From a virus (Duplodnaviria > Caudoviricetes), in the IMG/VR virus record IMGVR_UViG_3300008459_009572, positions 1-63,271 of that record: a stretch of DNA of 63,271 nt. The stretch is one strand, 5' to 3'. Of this stretch, positions 39,649 to 48,265 are shown one piece after another. A program made the position numbers and the translations under genes. The notes beneath the pieces are model-generated. The model searched no databases. It was not told the DNA's origin and was given only the letters and a program-made list of their open reading frames with translations. The first letter of the stretch is position 1. Every line of letters starts with the position of its first letter.

Positions 39649-40251
39649 ATGCCTGCTGCTAAAATATATAGTAAGGAAGATATCCTACGTGCGATGCGCT
39701 TCACAAAATCAAATCGTGCTGCTGCTCGTTATTTAGGATGTTCCTATCAACATTATAAACCATATGCTAAATTATTTAGAATAGATGAATCAGACCCAAC
39801 TTCTCCTACTCTATTTGATGCTCACAAAAACCAAAGCGGAAAAGGAATCCCAAAATTCCTCCCTAACAGAAGAAAAGAACCAAATGTCAAAAACATTGTT
39901 GAAAACGGAACAGGATGGGAATCCTTCACCCCAGACAAAATCAAAACAAGATTAATTGCTGAAGGTTATTTAAAGGATGAATGTTATCATTGCGGGTTTT
40001 GTGAACGTAGAGTAACTGATTATAAAATACCTTTACTATTACATTTTAAAGATGGAAATAAATTTAATTATCTTATTGATAACCTTGAGTTACTTTGTTA
40101 TAATGACTACTTCCTATTGGTTGCAGACCCACTTACCCCTGATCAAATCAGACATATTGAGGATAGCTCTACTGTTAAGGCAGTTTCCCACGATTGGGAT
40201 TTAGATGAGACTCATCTTGAAAATATGAAAGCATTGGGACTTTTGGATTAG
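39649..40251 (+). CDS. HTH plus degenerate HNH-like domain protein
   Basis: SNRAAARYLG helix-turn-helix; CYHCG...HFKDGN...NLELLCYN. Confidence 0.65.
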   Translation: MPAAKIYSKEDILRAMRFTKSNRAAARYLGCSYQHYKPYAKLFRIDESDPTSPTLFDAHKNQSGKGIPKFLPNRRKEPNVKNIVENGTGWESFTPDKIKTRLIAEGYLKDECYHCGFCERRVTDYKIPLLLHFKDGNKFNYLIDNLELLCYNDYFLLVADPLTPDQIRHIEDSSTVKAVSHDWDLDETHLENMKALGLLD

Positions 40252-40273
40252 GCAAAATAAGGTTGTATATTCA
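40242..40273 (+). promoter_or_regulatory. Putative promoter (TTTG-N20-TATATTCA, GGCAAA box)
   Basis: Recurring motif. Confidence 0.55.
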
Positions 40274-40289
40274 ATTATAAATAAAGATT

Positions 40290-40583
40290 ATGATAAACAG
40301 ACCAGAATTAGCACAACAATTTGCTGAGTTTAATTTGCCTGCAGAGATAAAACAAGCTTGGAAAGCAGGAATGCAGTTAATAGGTTCACTCGGATTTACT
40401 AAAATGATGATGTTTGCAAATGAAGTTCAATTAACTAATGATGATATTGATTATTTTGTAAGTTGCCCTCCACGTAGAATGGAAGATGAATCTTTTGAAG
40501 ATATGAAATTAAGAACAGCATTTACTAAAAAACTAAACAAATACAGAGCACATCTGTATGATTATTCAGTATATAATAAATAA
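40290..40583 (+). CDS. Hypothetical protein
   Basis: ORF. Confidence 0.6.
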   Translation: MINRPELAQQFAEFNLPAEIKQAWKAGMQLIGSLGFTKMMMFANEVQLTNDDIDYFVSCPPRRMEDESFEDMKLRTAFTKKLNKYRAHLYDYSVYNK

Positions 40584-40588
40584 ATAAT

Positions 40589-40810
40589 ATGGCACAATAT
40601 TTTCAAGTTAAAGTACAATTCACAGTAGAAGTGAACGGCAAACTAAAAAAGCAAAGCGTAAATTATCTAGTAGACGCAATGTCAGTTACTGAAGCAGAAG
40701 CTAAAACAGTAGAATATCTTACCGCTCAAGGTGAGAATGAATTTGAAGTTAAAGCAGCTTCTGAATCTAAAATTGCAGGGATAATTCTTCAAGAAGAAGT
40801 AGCAGAATAA
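40589..40810 (+). CDS. DUF4494-like protein (Bacteroidota and their phages)
   Basis: YFQVKV...YLVDAMSVTEAEAK...ESKI. Confidence 0.7.
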   Translation: MAQYFQVKVQFTVEVNGKLKKQSVNYLVDAMSVTEAEAKTVEYLTAQGENEFEVKAASESKIAGIILQEEVAE

Positions 40811-40839
40811 AAATTATATATTTAAAACAAAAATAAGTT

Positions 40840-41061
40840 ATGATTTGGTACATTTACATTGTTAGCGTTATTTACTGCATTTGGAGAATGACTAGAGGTT
40901 ATAAAAGAACTTTTGGTTCTGGCAATCCAATAGGTCCAACTCCAGGATTGGAAACTATATTCATTATAGTGTTTGCTCCCGTACTTGCAGTAGTAGATAT
41001 CACTTTAACCTGGATTAGAAAGGTTAAAGAAGCTAACAACGATAATGAATCAATCATTTAA
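40840..41061 (+). CDS. Small membrane protein
   Basis: Two hydrophobic segments. Confidence 0.6.
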   Translation: MIWYIYIVSVIYCIWRMTRGYKRTFGSGNPIGPTPGLETIFIIVFAPVLAVVDITLTWIRKVKEANNDNESII

Positions 41062-41062
41062 T

Positions 41063-41219
41063 TGTCAGGTGGTGAAAGAGCCTAGGCTATGGCATACACA
41101 CCCACTCGTCTCGTGGGCGCTGAGTTCGAAATAGGTAATTGGATATGGGTTGACCACAAAGCCGGCTATTTTGTTCATTACCGAATCGCAGCATGGAGGT
41201 TCAAATCCTCCCCTGACAG
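41063..41219 (+). ncRNA. tRNA-like RNA with GTC at the anticodon position, enlarged D-loop and 77-nt variable region
   Basis: Acceptor TGTCAGG/CCTGACA+G; anticodon arm CCCAC-TCGTCTC-GTGGG; T arm GGAGG-TTCAAAT-CCTCC. Confidence 0.75.
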
Positions 41220-41300
41220 CGGAGTAAGCAGCTCGCTCCCACATGGCATCCAGTCCGTTAAGCTGGAGAATCTGCTTGACAGCTCGGAAAGACGGGCTAT

Positions 41301-41387
41301 GCCCTTGTGGTGAAATTGGTAGACACGCAGGACTTAAAATCCTGTTCGCCGAAAAAGCGAGTGCGGGTTCAAGTCCCGCTGGGGGCA
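41301..41387 (+). tRNA. tRNA-Leu(TAA), CCA not encoded
   Basis: GCCCTTG/TGGGGGC+A acceptor, D-loop TGGTAGAC, CAGGA-CTTAAAA-TCCTG, long variable arm, GCGGG-TTCAAGT-CCCGC. Confidence 0.93.
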
Positions 41388-41423
41388 CAGATAGTTATAT
41401 GTATGGCATGCCATTATTTATCA

Positions 41424-41729
41424 ATGAAAAACAGTGATGAGTTCTACCTCAAATTAAAAGGTAGAGACCCAGATATTGTTTTAAAAATGGTGAAATGCGT
41501 TTTAAGTGCTTATAAAAGAGGTAAAGATCAAATTGATATATTTGATATTACTTTTAAAAATATGGATCAACTTACATTTACTATTGATAAATCACAATAT
41601 AAAGAATTACTCAGTAATTGTATGAATGATTTGATTGGAATGGAAGAATATGAGTTGTGTGCTGAGATAAAAAAGATATTAGAGGGGAAAAAAAAACGAG
41701 GCAGAAAACCAAAAGAAGAAGTTCTTTAA
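41424..41729 (+). CDS. Hypothetical protein with C-terminal UVR-like motif
   Basis: MEEYELCAEIKKIL; start reassigned because the longer ORF runs through tRNA-Leu. Confidence 0.65.
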   Translation: MKNSDEFYLKLKGRDPDIVLKMVKCVLSAYKRGKDQIDIFDITFKNMDQLTFTIDKSQYKELLSNCMNDLIGMEEYELCAEIKKILEGKKKRGRKPKEEVL

Positions 41730-41734
41730 CATAT

Positions 41735-42192
41735 GGGGCATACCGGTATCGATTCGGATGATGAGGTAATACTACATGCAGGCGTTTGGTAGAGTCGCCT
41801 TAGAAAACTGCAAACAATAACTGACGAAATGTCAACTATGACCTTCGACGACCTTATGGCGTTCGTAGGCGCCGACTACGCTTTAGCAGCCTAGTCCGCA
41901 AACAGGTGGGTAACCTAGGAACAGAACTACTCCGAGCGCTCACGATCGACTCGTTAAATAAGGACCGTGTGGTAGTCTCTTAACGGGGCCAAGTTTCCTG
42001 ATGTCATAAAATCAGGTGGTGGAAACGACCATAAAGGTCAGTCCCTTACAGTACAGAGTTGGTCGCAAGACTGATGGAGCAAAGAAGAGATAAAAGCTAC
42101 TACCCACATCTCTTACAACTTAGTACTAAGCATGTGAGACGTTAGTATTATTGTCACTTTCGAAGACCTGGGTTCGAATCCCAGATGCTCCA
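41735..42192 (+). ncRNA. ssrA: tmRNA; tag reading frame 41823..41894 (DEMSTMTFDDLMAFVGADYALAA*)
   Basis: GGGGCAT/ATGCTCC+A acceptor with G3-U70; 5' GGTATCGA; T arm CTGGG-TTCGAAT-CCCAG; ATAACT before resume codon; tag ends YALAA. Confidence 0.93.
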
Positions 42193-42202
42193 CAATTTCT
42201 CT

Positions 42203-42260
42203 ATATTTATAGATGTAGAAAAAATAAGGTTGTATATGAAGATATACAGCCTTTTTCTAT
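42203..42260 (+). promoter_or_regulatory. ATATTTAT motif followed by leader hairpin, copy 1
   Basis: AAGGTTGTATAT-GAAG-ATATACAGCCTT stem; similar element at 50655..50716. Confidence 0.6.
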
Positions 42261-42275
42261 TTAAAAATTAAAAGT

Positions 42276-42917
42276 ATGAAATCATTATTGGTTAGTGCAA
42301 AGGAAAGATTACTGCTTGTTTTTCTTTATTTAGTAGGAATTTTAGTTACGTGTGCTTTAGCCACACAACTTTTCTTTGTATTTCTAGATATGACTGGTAA
42401 AAGTGAGTATGCTACTCAATTAGCAAGAGAATTTAGTTGGAAGTTTGATGATGCATTTAAAAATCATCCTAACAATATAAATTATGTTGCTGAAGATCAT
42501 ATTTATGTTCAAAGTGTAACTAATCTAGTTAAAGTAGGCAAATTAGCAGGTAATCGCAATTTAGAATTTGGTGTTAAAAATGTCTTAGAAGAATTTCTTC
42601 AAGAAAAAGGATATGATTTAACACCAACAGCATCTTATTATTTAGATGTTGATATTATTTATTTAGATGTATTAACAACTAAAAAAAGTTTATCCGTATT
42701 CAGTAAAACTGAAAACGAAGTAGTTATAAGACTAAAAGGTACTCTCTACAACGAAGGAAAAAAAGAAAAAGAGGTGTTAGTAGAGGAATCATCGTCTGAA
42801 ATTTCAATGGCTACCCTCATAGTAGATACTGGGGGTAAGTTTAATCAGGCCTCTTTAAGTTCTGCGCTTAAAAAGGGTTGTGACAAACTTATCACCAAAT
42901 TATTTACTAAAGAATGA
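42276..42917 (+). CDS. Membrane-anchored envelope protein (possibly CsgG/LptE-like alpha-beta domain)
   Basis: N-terminal TM; C-terminal FNQASLSSALKKGC resembles FNQSTVSIATKKAL of 48266..48985. Confidence 0.5.
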   Translation: MKSLLVSAKERLLLVFLYLVGILVTCALATQLFFVFLDMTGKSEYATQLAREFSWKFDDAFKNHPNNINYVAEDHIYVQSVTNLVKVGKLAGNRNLEFGVKNVLEEFLQEKGYDLTPTASYYLDVDIIYLDVLTTKKSLSVFSKTENEVVIRLKGTLYNEGKKEKEVLVEESSSEISMATLIVDTGGKFNQASLSSALKKGCDKLITKLFTKE

Positions 42918-44545
42918 AAAAATTAATTATTGTTTTAGGGATATTATTAGTATCTTTAACCTCATTAGGACAATTAACAATTAGTCAATCACTTACACCA
43001 ACAACTGGATTAAAAGTTGGTGATACAATTACTGTTAAGTATAATCTAACAAAAGGACAGGTAATTAAAAACCCTCGATATCTCTGGTTTAGATATCAGT
43101 ATAATAACAAAGCATTTAGCCATATTTCTACTGAATTCAATCAGGGAAGCTCTGCACAAATATTTTACACAAATTGGAATAACTATAAGTTTATTCCAAA
43201 CGGTGGTGCAAGTGATAATGATTTAAATGTTCAATATGGATTAAGTCCTTGGAATTATTCCGTAAATGCAGATTGGAATGTTGGACAATTAACAGTTCAA
43301 AGAGCAGATCAATCTATTAATGGGCTAATAGCAACACAAAAATATTTACTAAAAGATTTAACAGATTACTCAAACATTTTTAAAATAGATTTAGCGACTG
43401 GTACTGACACAACGGGTGCAAATGTTGGAACTATATATGGTGGTGGTTGGTCATCTTTACAAGGTGTATTAGGTAATATATCACAATTCAAAGTAAAAGT
43501 TTTATTTCCACAAGGATATGCAATAAATAATCATAGTGTTCAATTAATGCGATTGAAACCAGATAATTCAATTGATTGGACACAACAACCTATTGCACAA
43601 TTACCATTAGACGCAAGTGGTGAAGCACTATTTACAACTCAAATTAGACAACGTGACTCCGTTGGTGTTTTTATTACACCTGCATCACAAAAAAGTTGGA
43701 TGAACAATATATTAACAGTGTCAGATGCTTATAAAGCATTTTTAGGACACTCACAAACTAATATTGGTGGAACTCCAAGCTTCTTTACATATCCTAATTT
43801 AGAAACTAAAATTGGTAATGTATCAAAAAATGACAATATATTTGATGAAACAGATTCATACTACTTACTTTCACATGTAATTGGCCAAAATGTATCATCA
43901 GTTGCATATATACCTTCTGATACCGCAACATCATTTAGATGGCAAAGTGGATTATTGAATCAAAGTTGGTTAGATGGTGTACCTAAAAATAAAGTAGTAA
44001 TCACACAAGCAAATCAAGAAGTTTATGCAGTATTTGCTTGGGGTGGTGATTTAGATTGGTCACACTCATCAGACCCATCAGTTATTGCTAGTAGAATAGC
44101 TAGTGGAATGTTTACAAATTCAGTAAATAATAAGATGGTAGCCTCTTCAAAATCAATGTCGTACACACAATCTCAATTAGAAAAAGCAACATTAGGTATA
44201 ACATCCACGTTAGAAAATGGTAAAGTAATTTTAACAGCAAAATTAACAAAAGAGGGATTAGCTGGGTTACAAGTAATAATGAATTATGATGATAGCAAAT
44301 TAGTATTAGATAATGTAATATTTGATACAGGAAGTTCAATGACAAACTTTTCAACACATAAAGATGGTAGATTAACATTTGGTTCTATTGACCAACTTAA
44401 AACTGCAAGAATAAAAACAGGTACACCTTATAAGTTAATATTTACTCCTAAAGAAACTTTAAACAATACTGCTGGATTATTCTACTTTGTTCTTTCAGAT
44501 GCAGTTGATGCAGCCGGTAACAAAGTTAACTTAATAATTGAGTAA
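42914..44545 (+). CDS. Secreted protein with dockerin-like and cohesin-like domains
   Basis: Signal peptide; TVSDAYKAF...NDNIFDETDSYYLL; GLQVIMNYDDSKL; DAVDAAG. Confidence 0.55.
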   Translation: MKKLIIVLGILLVSLTSLGQLTISQSLTPTTGLKVGDTITVKYNLTKGQVIKNPRYLWFRYQYNNKAFSHISTEFNQGSSAQIFYTNWNNYKFIPNGGASDNDLNVQYGLSPWNYSVNADWNVGQLTVQRADQSINGLIATQKYLLKDLTDYSNIFKIDLATGTDTTGANVGTIYGGGWSSLQGVLGNISQFKVKVLFPQGYAINNHSVQLMRLKPDNSIDWTQQPIAQLPLDASGEALFTTQIRQRDSVGVFITPASQKSWMNNILTVSDAYKAFLGHSQTNIGGTPSFFTYPNLETKIGNVSKNDNIFDETDSYYLLSHVIGQNVSSVAYIPSDTATSFRWQSGLLNQSWLDGVPKNKVVITQANQEVYAVFAWGGDLDWSHSSDPSVIASRIASGMFTNSVNNKMVASSKSMSYTQSQLEKATLGITSTLENGKVILTAKLTKEGLAGLQVIMNYDDSKLVLDNVIFDTGSSMTNFSTHKDGRLTFGSIDQLKTARIKTGTPYKLIFTPKETLNNTAGLFYFVLSDAVDAAGNKVNLIIE

Positions 44546-46428
44546 TGAAAAAATTAGTTACGTTTTTATTTATCCTAATATATAATATATCTCTGGCTCA
44601 ATCGGGTTGGGGATATATTAATTATACGTCATATAAAACTCACAACGGAAATGGAAGCCAAACCCAATACGGGCAATTTGCAAACACGGCAGCTGAGTTT
44701 GATAATATGCTGAATACGGCAAACTCCAACACAACAATAACACATACAGGTGAAGTTCCAATTTCCTATTTATATAATGGATCATCACAAGTTCCACGTT
44801 GGTCAAATGATTACTTTGCTTATAAGTTTGAGTTTTGGTTCGTACCACAACAAACTGGAACATATTATTTTGGAACTAATTCAGATGATGCGTCAGATAT
44901 TTTTATAGATGGTATAGCAATAGCAACTTATTATGGTGGACATGGTGCTAGTGGATATCAAACTGGAAGTATTAGTATGGTTGCAGGAAAACGATATAGA
45001 GTGGTTTATAGAGGACAGGAATTTGGTGGAGGTGAAGCTTTCTATTTTCAATGGTATAGACCTGTTGGTGGTTGGGGATATTGGGCAAACGAAGTAACAA
45101 ATATAAATAGTGAACCAACTAAAAAAGTTATGATGAATTTTAATTTTGGAAACACATTAAACAAAACAACATTTTCAGTAGGTTCTACTTTAAGTTCAAC
45201 GGGTTGGGTGGATATAACAAATTTATTAGATAGTGTTAAAATAGCCAGTGGTAATAAAGTAATTTTAAATGGTGGACAAGTTGAATATGCTTATGTAACA
45301 AATTATACTGGTGGGAATATGTTACTAAATATAGATTTAAGAACATTTGGAAATGTAACACCATCATCTATAAATAATATTAAATTATTAGATGTTTATG
45401 AAGGTCCTATTACATATGTAAATAGTAATGCTTATTGGGCAGTTTATACAATTCCTACACAAACATATACTCCTGGAACCTATATTAGAGATATGGGGTC
45501 AGGTAGTTATGCTTTTAAATGTGATGTAACGTATGCTGAAAATATGGTTTATAAACCTCAGTCTGTGACAATGACAACAACTAATACATTATCTACATTA
45601 TATAATAGTATTATTACTGTAACAGATGTTTATTTGGCATTTAAAGAATTTAATAATAGGGGAATATTAAGTAATCAAAGTGGAAATGAATTTGGATATG
45701 GTATCCAATATAAAAATGCTGATATAGATGATAATAATATATTTGATGAATCTGATTGTTTTAGATTATTACAGCATTTAACTGGTGTTAAAAATATAGT
45801 AGATACATTCAATTTAAATAAAACAATAAAATTAATTCCACAAGCTATATATAATACAATTGGAAAATCAAATTGGAATACCTTTTCATCTTATTTAGGT
45901 AATACCTATAATTTTAATATTAATACAAGTAAAGCAACAGATACATTTTATATATCAGCAACTTGGAAAGGTGATATTAACTTATCACATTCATCAATTC
46001 CACCTTCAAACGGTATAACTAACACCAGTGTAGTAAAATTAGGGGTTAAATCTATATCAAATACAATTAATGCTTCAATTATTACTGAGTTAGATAATAA
46101 AGTGTATGCTTATATTACCTTAGATCCACTACAACAAGAATTAGTTGGAACCCAATTTCAATTAAATTACGACAACACAGTATTAAAATTTGAATCAGTA
46201 GAATTTAAAACTAAAGGTAATCCAATAAATTATAGTACAAATAAAAGTAATTATATAAATTTAGGTTCATTAATTAATAATGGTAATACCACATTAGATA
46301 ATACTACTGAATATAAAGTAATATTTACACCAATTATAAATCTAGATAATGTATTAGGTTTAATATCAATAGGTTCTACTGATGCTGTAAATAAAGCAGG
46401 TGTACAATTAAAATTTAAAATAAACTAA
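44545..46428 (+). CDS. Secreted PA14-domain protein with dockerin-like and cohesin-like domains
   Basis: Signal peptide; TGTYYFGTNSDDASDIFIDG...QEFGGG (PA14); ADIDDNNIFDESD; GTQFQLNYDNTVLKF. Confidence 0.65.
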   Translation: MKKLVTFLFILIYNISLAQSGWGYINYTSYKTHNGNGSQTQYGQFANTAAEFDNMLNTANSNTTITHTGEVPISYLYNGSSQVPRWSNDYFAYKFEFWFVPQQTGTYYFGTNSDDASDIFIDGIAIATYYGGHGASGYQTGSISMVAGKRYRVVYRGQEFGGGEAFYFQWYRPVGGWGYWANEVTNINSEPTKKVMMNFNFGNTLNKTTFSVGSTLSSTGWVDITNLLDSVKIASGNKVILNGGQVEYAYVTNYTGGNMLLNIDLRTFGNVTPSSINNIKLLDVYEGPITYVNSNAYWAVYTIPTQTYTPGTYIRDMGSGSYAFKCDVTYAENMVYKPQSVTMTTTNTLSTLYNSIITVTDVYLAFKEFNNRGILSNQSGNEFGYGIQYKNADIDDNNIFDESDCFRLLQHLTGVKNIVDTFNLNKTIKLIPQAIYNTIGKSNWNTFSSYLGNTYNFNINTSKATDTFYISATWKGDINLSHSSIPPSNGITNTSVVKLGVKSISNTINASIITELDNKVYAYITLDPLQQELVGTQFQLNYDNTVLKFESVEFKTKGNPINYSTNKSNYINLGSLINNGNTTLDNTTEYKVIFTPIINLDNVLGLISIGSTDAVNKAGVQLKFKIN

Positions 46429-46757
46429 TGAAAAAATTACTTCTAATATTATTTTTAATTGGATGTAAAAAATCAGATATACCACCACCACAAGTTGTAG
46501 ATATATTTAACATTACTCAATCAACAGTTACTAATAATAGCAATTTAGAATTTAAATTAGATAAAGCAGGAGTATATACAATTAAATTAATTGATAAAAA
46601 TACAGAACAGGTCATAACTAGAGAGAGAATTAATGGCAAAGTTGGTGTAAATATTATAAAAATTTATACTAGGACATTACCTGTTAAATATTTATATCTG
46701 GTTTTAGATGATGAAAGTGGCAACCAAGTCAATAAAACAACCATTATAATAAATTAA
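46428..46757 (+). CDS. Lipoprotein with T9SS C-terminal-domain-like Ig fold
   Basis: Lipobox LIGC; AGVYTIKLID...G.NIIKIYT..LP. Confidence 0.55.
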   Translation: MKKLLLILFLIGCKKSDIPPPQVVDIFNITQSTVTNNSNLEFKLDKAGVYTIKLIDKNTEQVITRERINGKVGVNIIKIYTRTLPVKYLYLVLDDESGNQVNKTTIIIN

Positions 46758-46760
46758 AAG

Positions 46761-47135
46761 ATGAAAAAAACACTATTAGTATTATTAGGAATAATATTAT
46801 TATTCGCTTGTCGTAAATTCGACACCCCAATTCCTTCACAACCAACCGTAATTGATGAAAGCCTACAAATAAAAAATTCAGTAGGAATTAAATTACAAAG
46901 TCCTTTTGTAACTAATGAAGTATTAATGAATGTAAAATTAGAAACAGCAGGTACAATTACAATTAAAATATTTGATATCTCTAATAGAGTAGTATCTAAA
47001 GAAACTGTAAGTGTAGTTGAAGGCGATAATATATTAAAAGTATATACAACTGCTCTACCTCAATCAGCTTATAGAATTGCTTTATTCAATGCAAATAACA
47101 TCCAATTAGGGATAACCGATTTTAATAAATTATAA
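46761..47135 (+). CDS. Lipoprotein with T9SS C-terminal-domain-like Ig fold
   Basis: Lipobox LFAC; SPFVTN, TIKIFDISNRVV, G.NILKV..LPQSAY, FNKL. Confidence 0.6.
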   Translation: MKKTLLVLLGIILLFACRKFDTPIPSQPTVIDESLQIKNSVGIKLQSPFVTNEVLMNVKLETAGTITIKIFDISNRVVSKETVSVVEGDNILKVYTTALPQSAYRIALFNANNIQLGITDFNKL

Positions 47136-47146
47136 AAATTAAAAAT

Positions 47147-47446
47147 ATGTCAGAAGAACAACAAGAACAATCAACAGGTGGTTCAATTAAGAATATTCTT
47201 ATTGGACTTGTATCTACAATTACCCTCGGTGTAGGTGGTTGGGTTACTACTAAATTAACTGGTGGAGACAAAGAAGAAGATAAACCAGCAGCTACAACTC
47301 CAATTATTATCAACAATAATAATCAACAACAACAAGCAGTAGGTGGTAAAACTGTGATTGTAAAAGAAAAAACAGTAGAAAAACCAGCAGCTCCAGTTAA
47401 GAAAAAAGAAGGTGATGAATTTAAAGAAAAAGAACCAGTATGGTAA
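47147..47446 (+). CDS. Single-TM membrane protein
   Basis: N-terminal TM, low-complexity tail. Confidence 0.6.
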   Translation: MSEEQQEQSTGGSIKNILIGLVSTITLGVGGWVTTKLTGGDKEEDKPAATTPIIINNNNQQQQAVGGKTVIVKEKTVEKPAAPVKKKEGDEFKEKEPVW

Positions 47447-48000
47447 ATAATAATCAACCAAGTGGATTTAAAGATCTACTAAATAAAATGATGGCTAGAC
47501 GCTGGTATATTACAGCGTTAGTATTGGGTGGCTTTATATTAATAATAGGGGGTATATTTGCTTCCATTACAGGTAATGTTGTTATTAGAGGTGAATGGAA
47601 AGAACTATTAATGTTATTATTAGGAGCCTTTATTGGTAGCTATGGTAAAATTATAGATTATTGGTTTAGTGATACTGATAAGGATAAAATGTTAGTTCAA
47701 AAAATGGATGAAGAAGATGGTGTTAGTATGGGTAGTGTAAATGATATAAAAGAATCCAATAAACCAGTAACACCACTTATCCCAGATGCCTTTGTAACAG
47801 CAGCAGCTCATGCTCATCAAATTAATTTAGCTGAAAATCAGCAAGAATTTGAACTAAGAAAAGATCAACAAGAACATGAGCAAGAAATGGAAAAATTAGA
47901 ATTTGAATATCAAACTCATCGTCAATGCGAACATGTTTGGGTTGATAGTGATTATGATGGTGATTTAGAATGTGATAAGTGTGGTAAAATAAAAGATTAA
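47440..48000 (+). CDS. Two-TM membrane protein with C-terminal Zn-ribbon (holin-like?)
   Basis: Two TM, LLLGAFIGSYGKIIDYWF; CEH...CDKC. Confidence 0.5.
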   Translation: MVNNNQPSGFKDLLNKMMARRWYITALVLGGFILIIGGIFASITGNVVIRGEWKELLMLLLGAFIGSYGKIIDYWFSDTDKDKMLVQKMDEEDGVSMGSVNDIKESNKPVTPLIPDAFVTAAAHAHQINLAENQQEFELRKDQQEHEQEMEKLEFEYQTHRQCEHVWVDSDYDGDLECDKCGKIKD

Positions 48001-48018
48001 TAATTAAAAACTAAAAGT

Positions 48019-48258
48019 ATGAAATGGTTAAAATCGCTATTTGATGATAGCAACACAGTCAATGAAAAATCAGTAGTTGGATTTACAGCTTTCTTAATGA
48101 TGGTAGTAACATTAATTGCTGATATTGCAACTGGTGTAATGGGTAAAACAATGCCTATTCACGAGTTTGTATTTGACGGCTTTATGGTGATTGTTTTAGG
48201 TGCATTCGGTATTGCATCTGTAGATAAGTTTATTAATAAGAGAAAAGGTAACGAATAA
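48019..48258 (+). CDS. Small two-TM membrane protein (holin-like?)
   Basis: Two TM helices, charged C-terminus, near endolysin. Confidence 0.5.
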   Translation: MKWLKSLFDDSNTVNEKSVVGFTAFLMMVVTLIADIATGVMGKTMPIHEFVFDGFMVIVLGAFGIASVDKFINKRKGNE

Positions 48259-48265
48259 ATAATGT

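Noticed and set aside
39649-40251. Active homing endonuclease / mobile element
   Set aside because: HNH residues look degenerate (LHFKDGN, CYNDY) and it interrupts no gene; more likely a resident DNA-binding protein
41220-41280. Definite HDV-like (theta), hammerhead or pistol ribozyme call
   Set aside because: The required catalytic-core elements could not be placed by eye; kept only as an unexplained structured spacer
41065-41437. ORFs 41065..41388(-), 41089..41313, 41243..41437 and the 5' extension of 41307..41729
   Set aside because: They overlap the tRNA-like RNA and tRNA-Leu; GC-rich RNA genes create spurious frames
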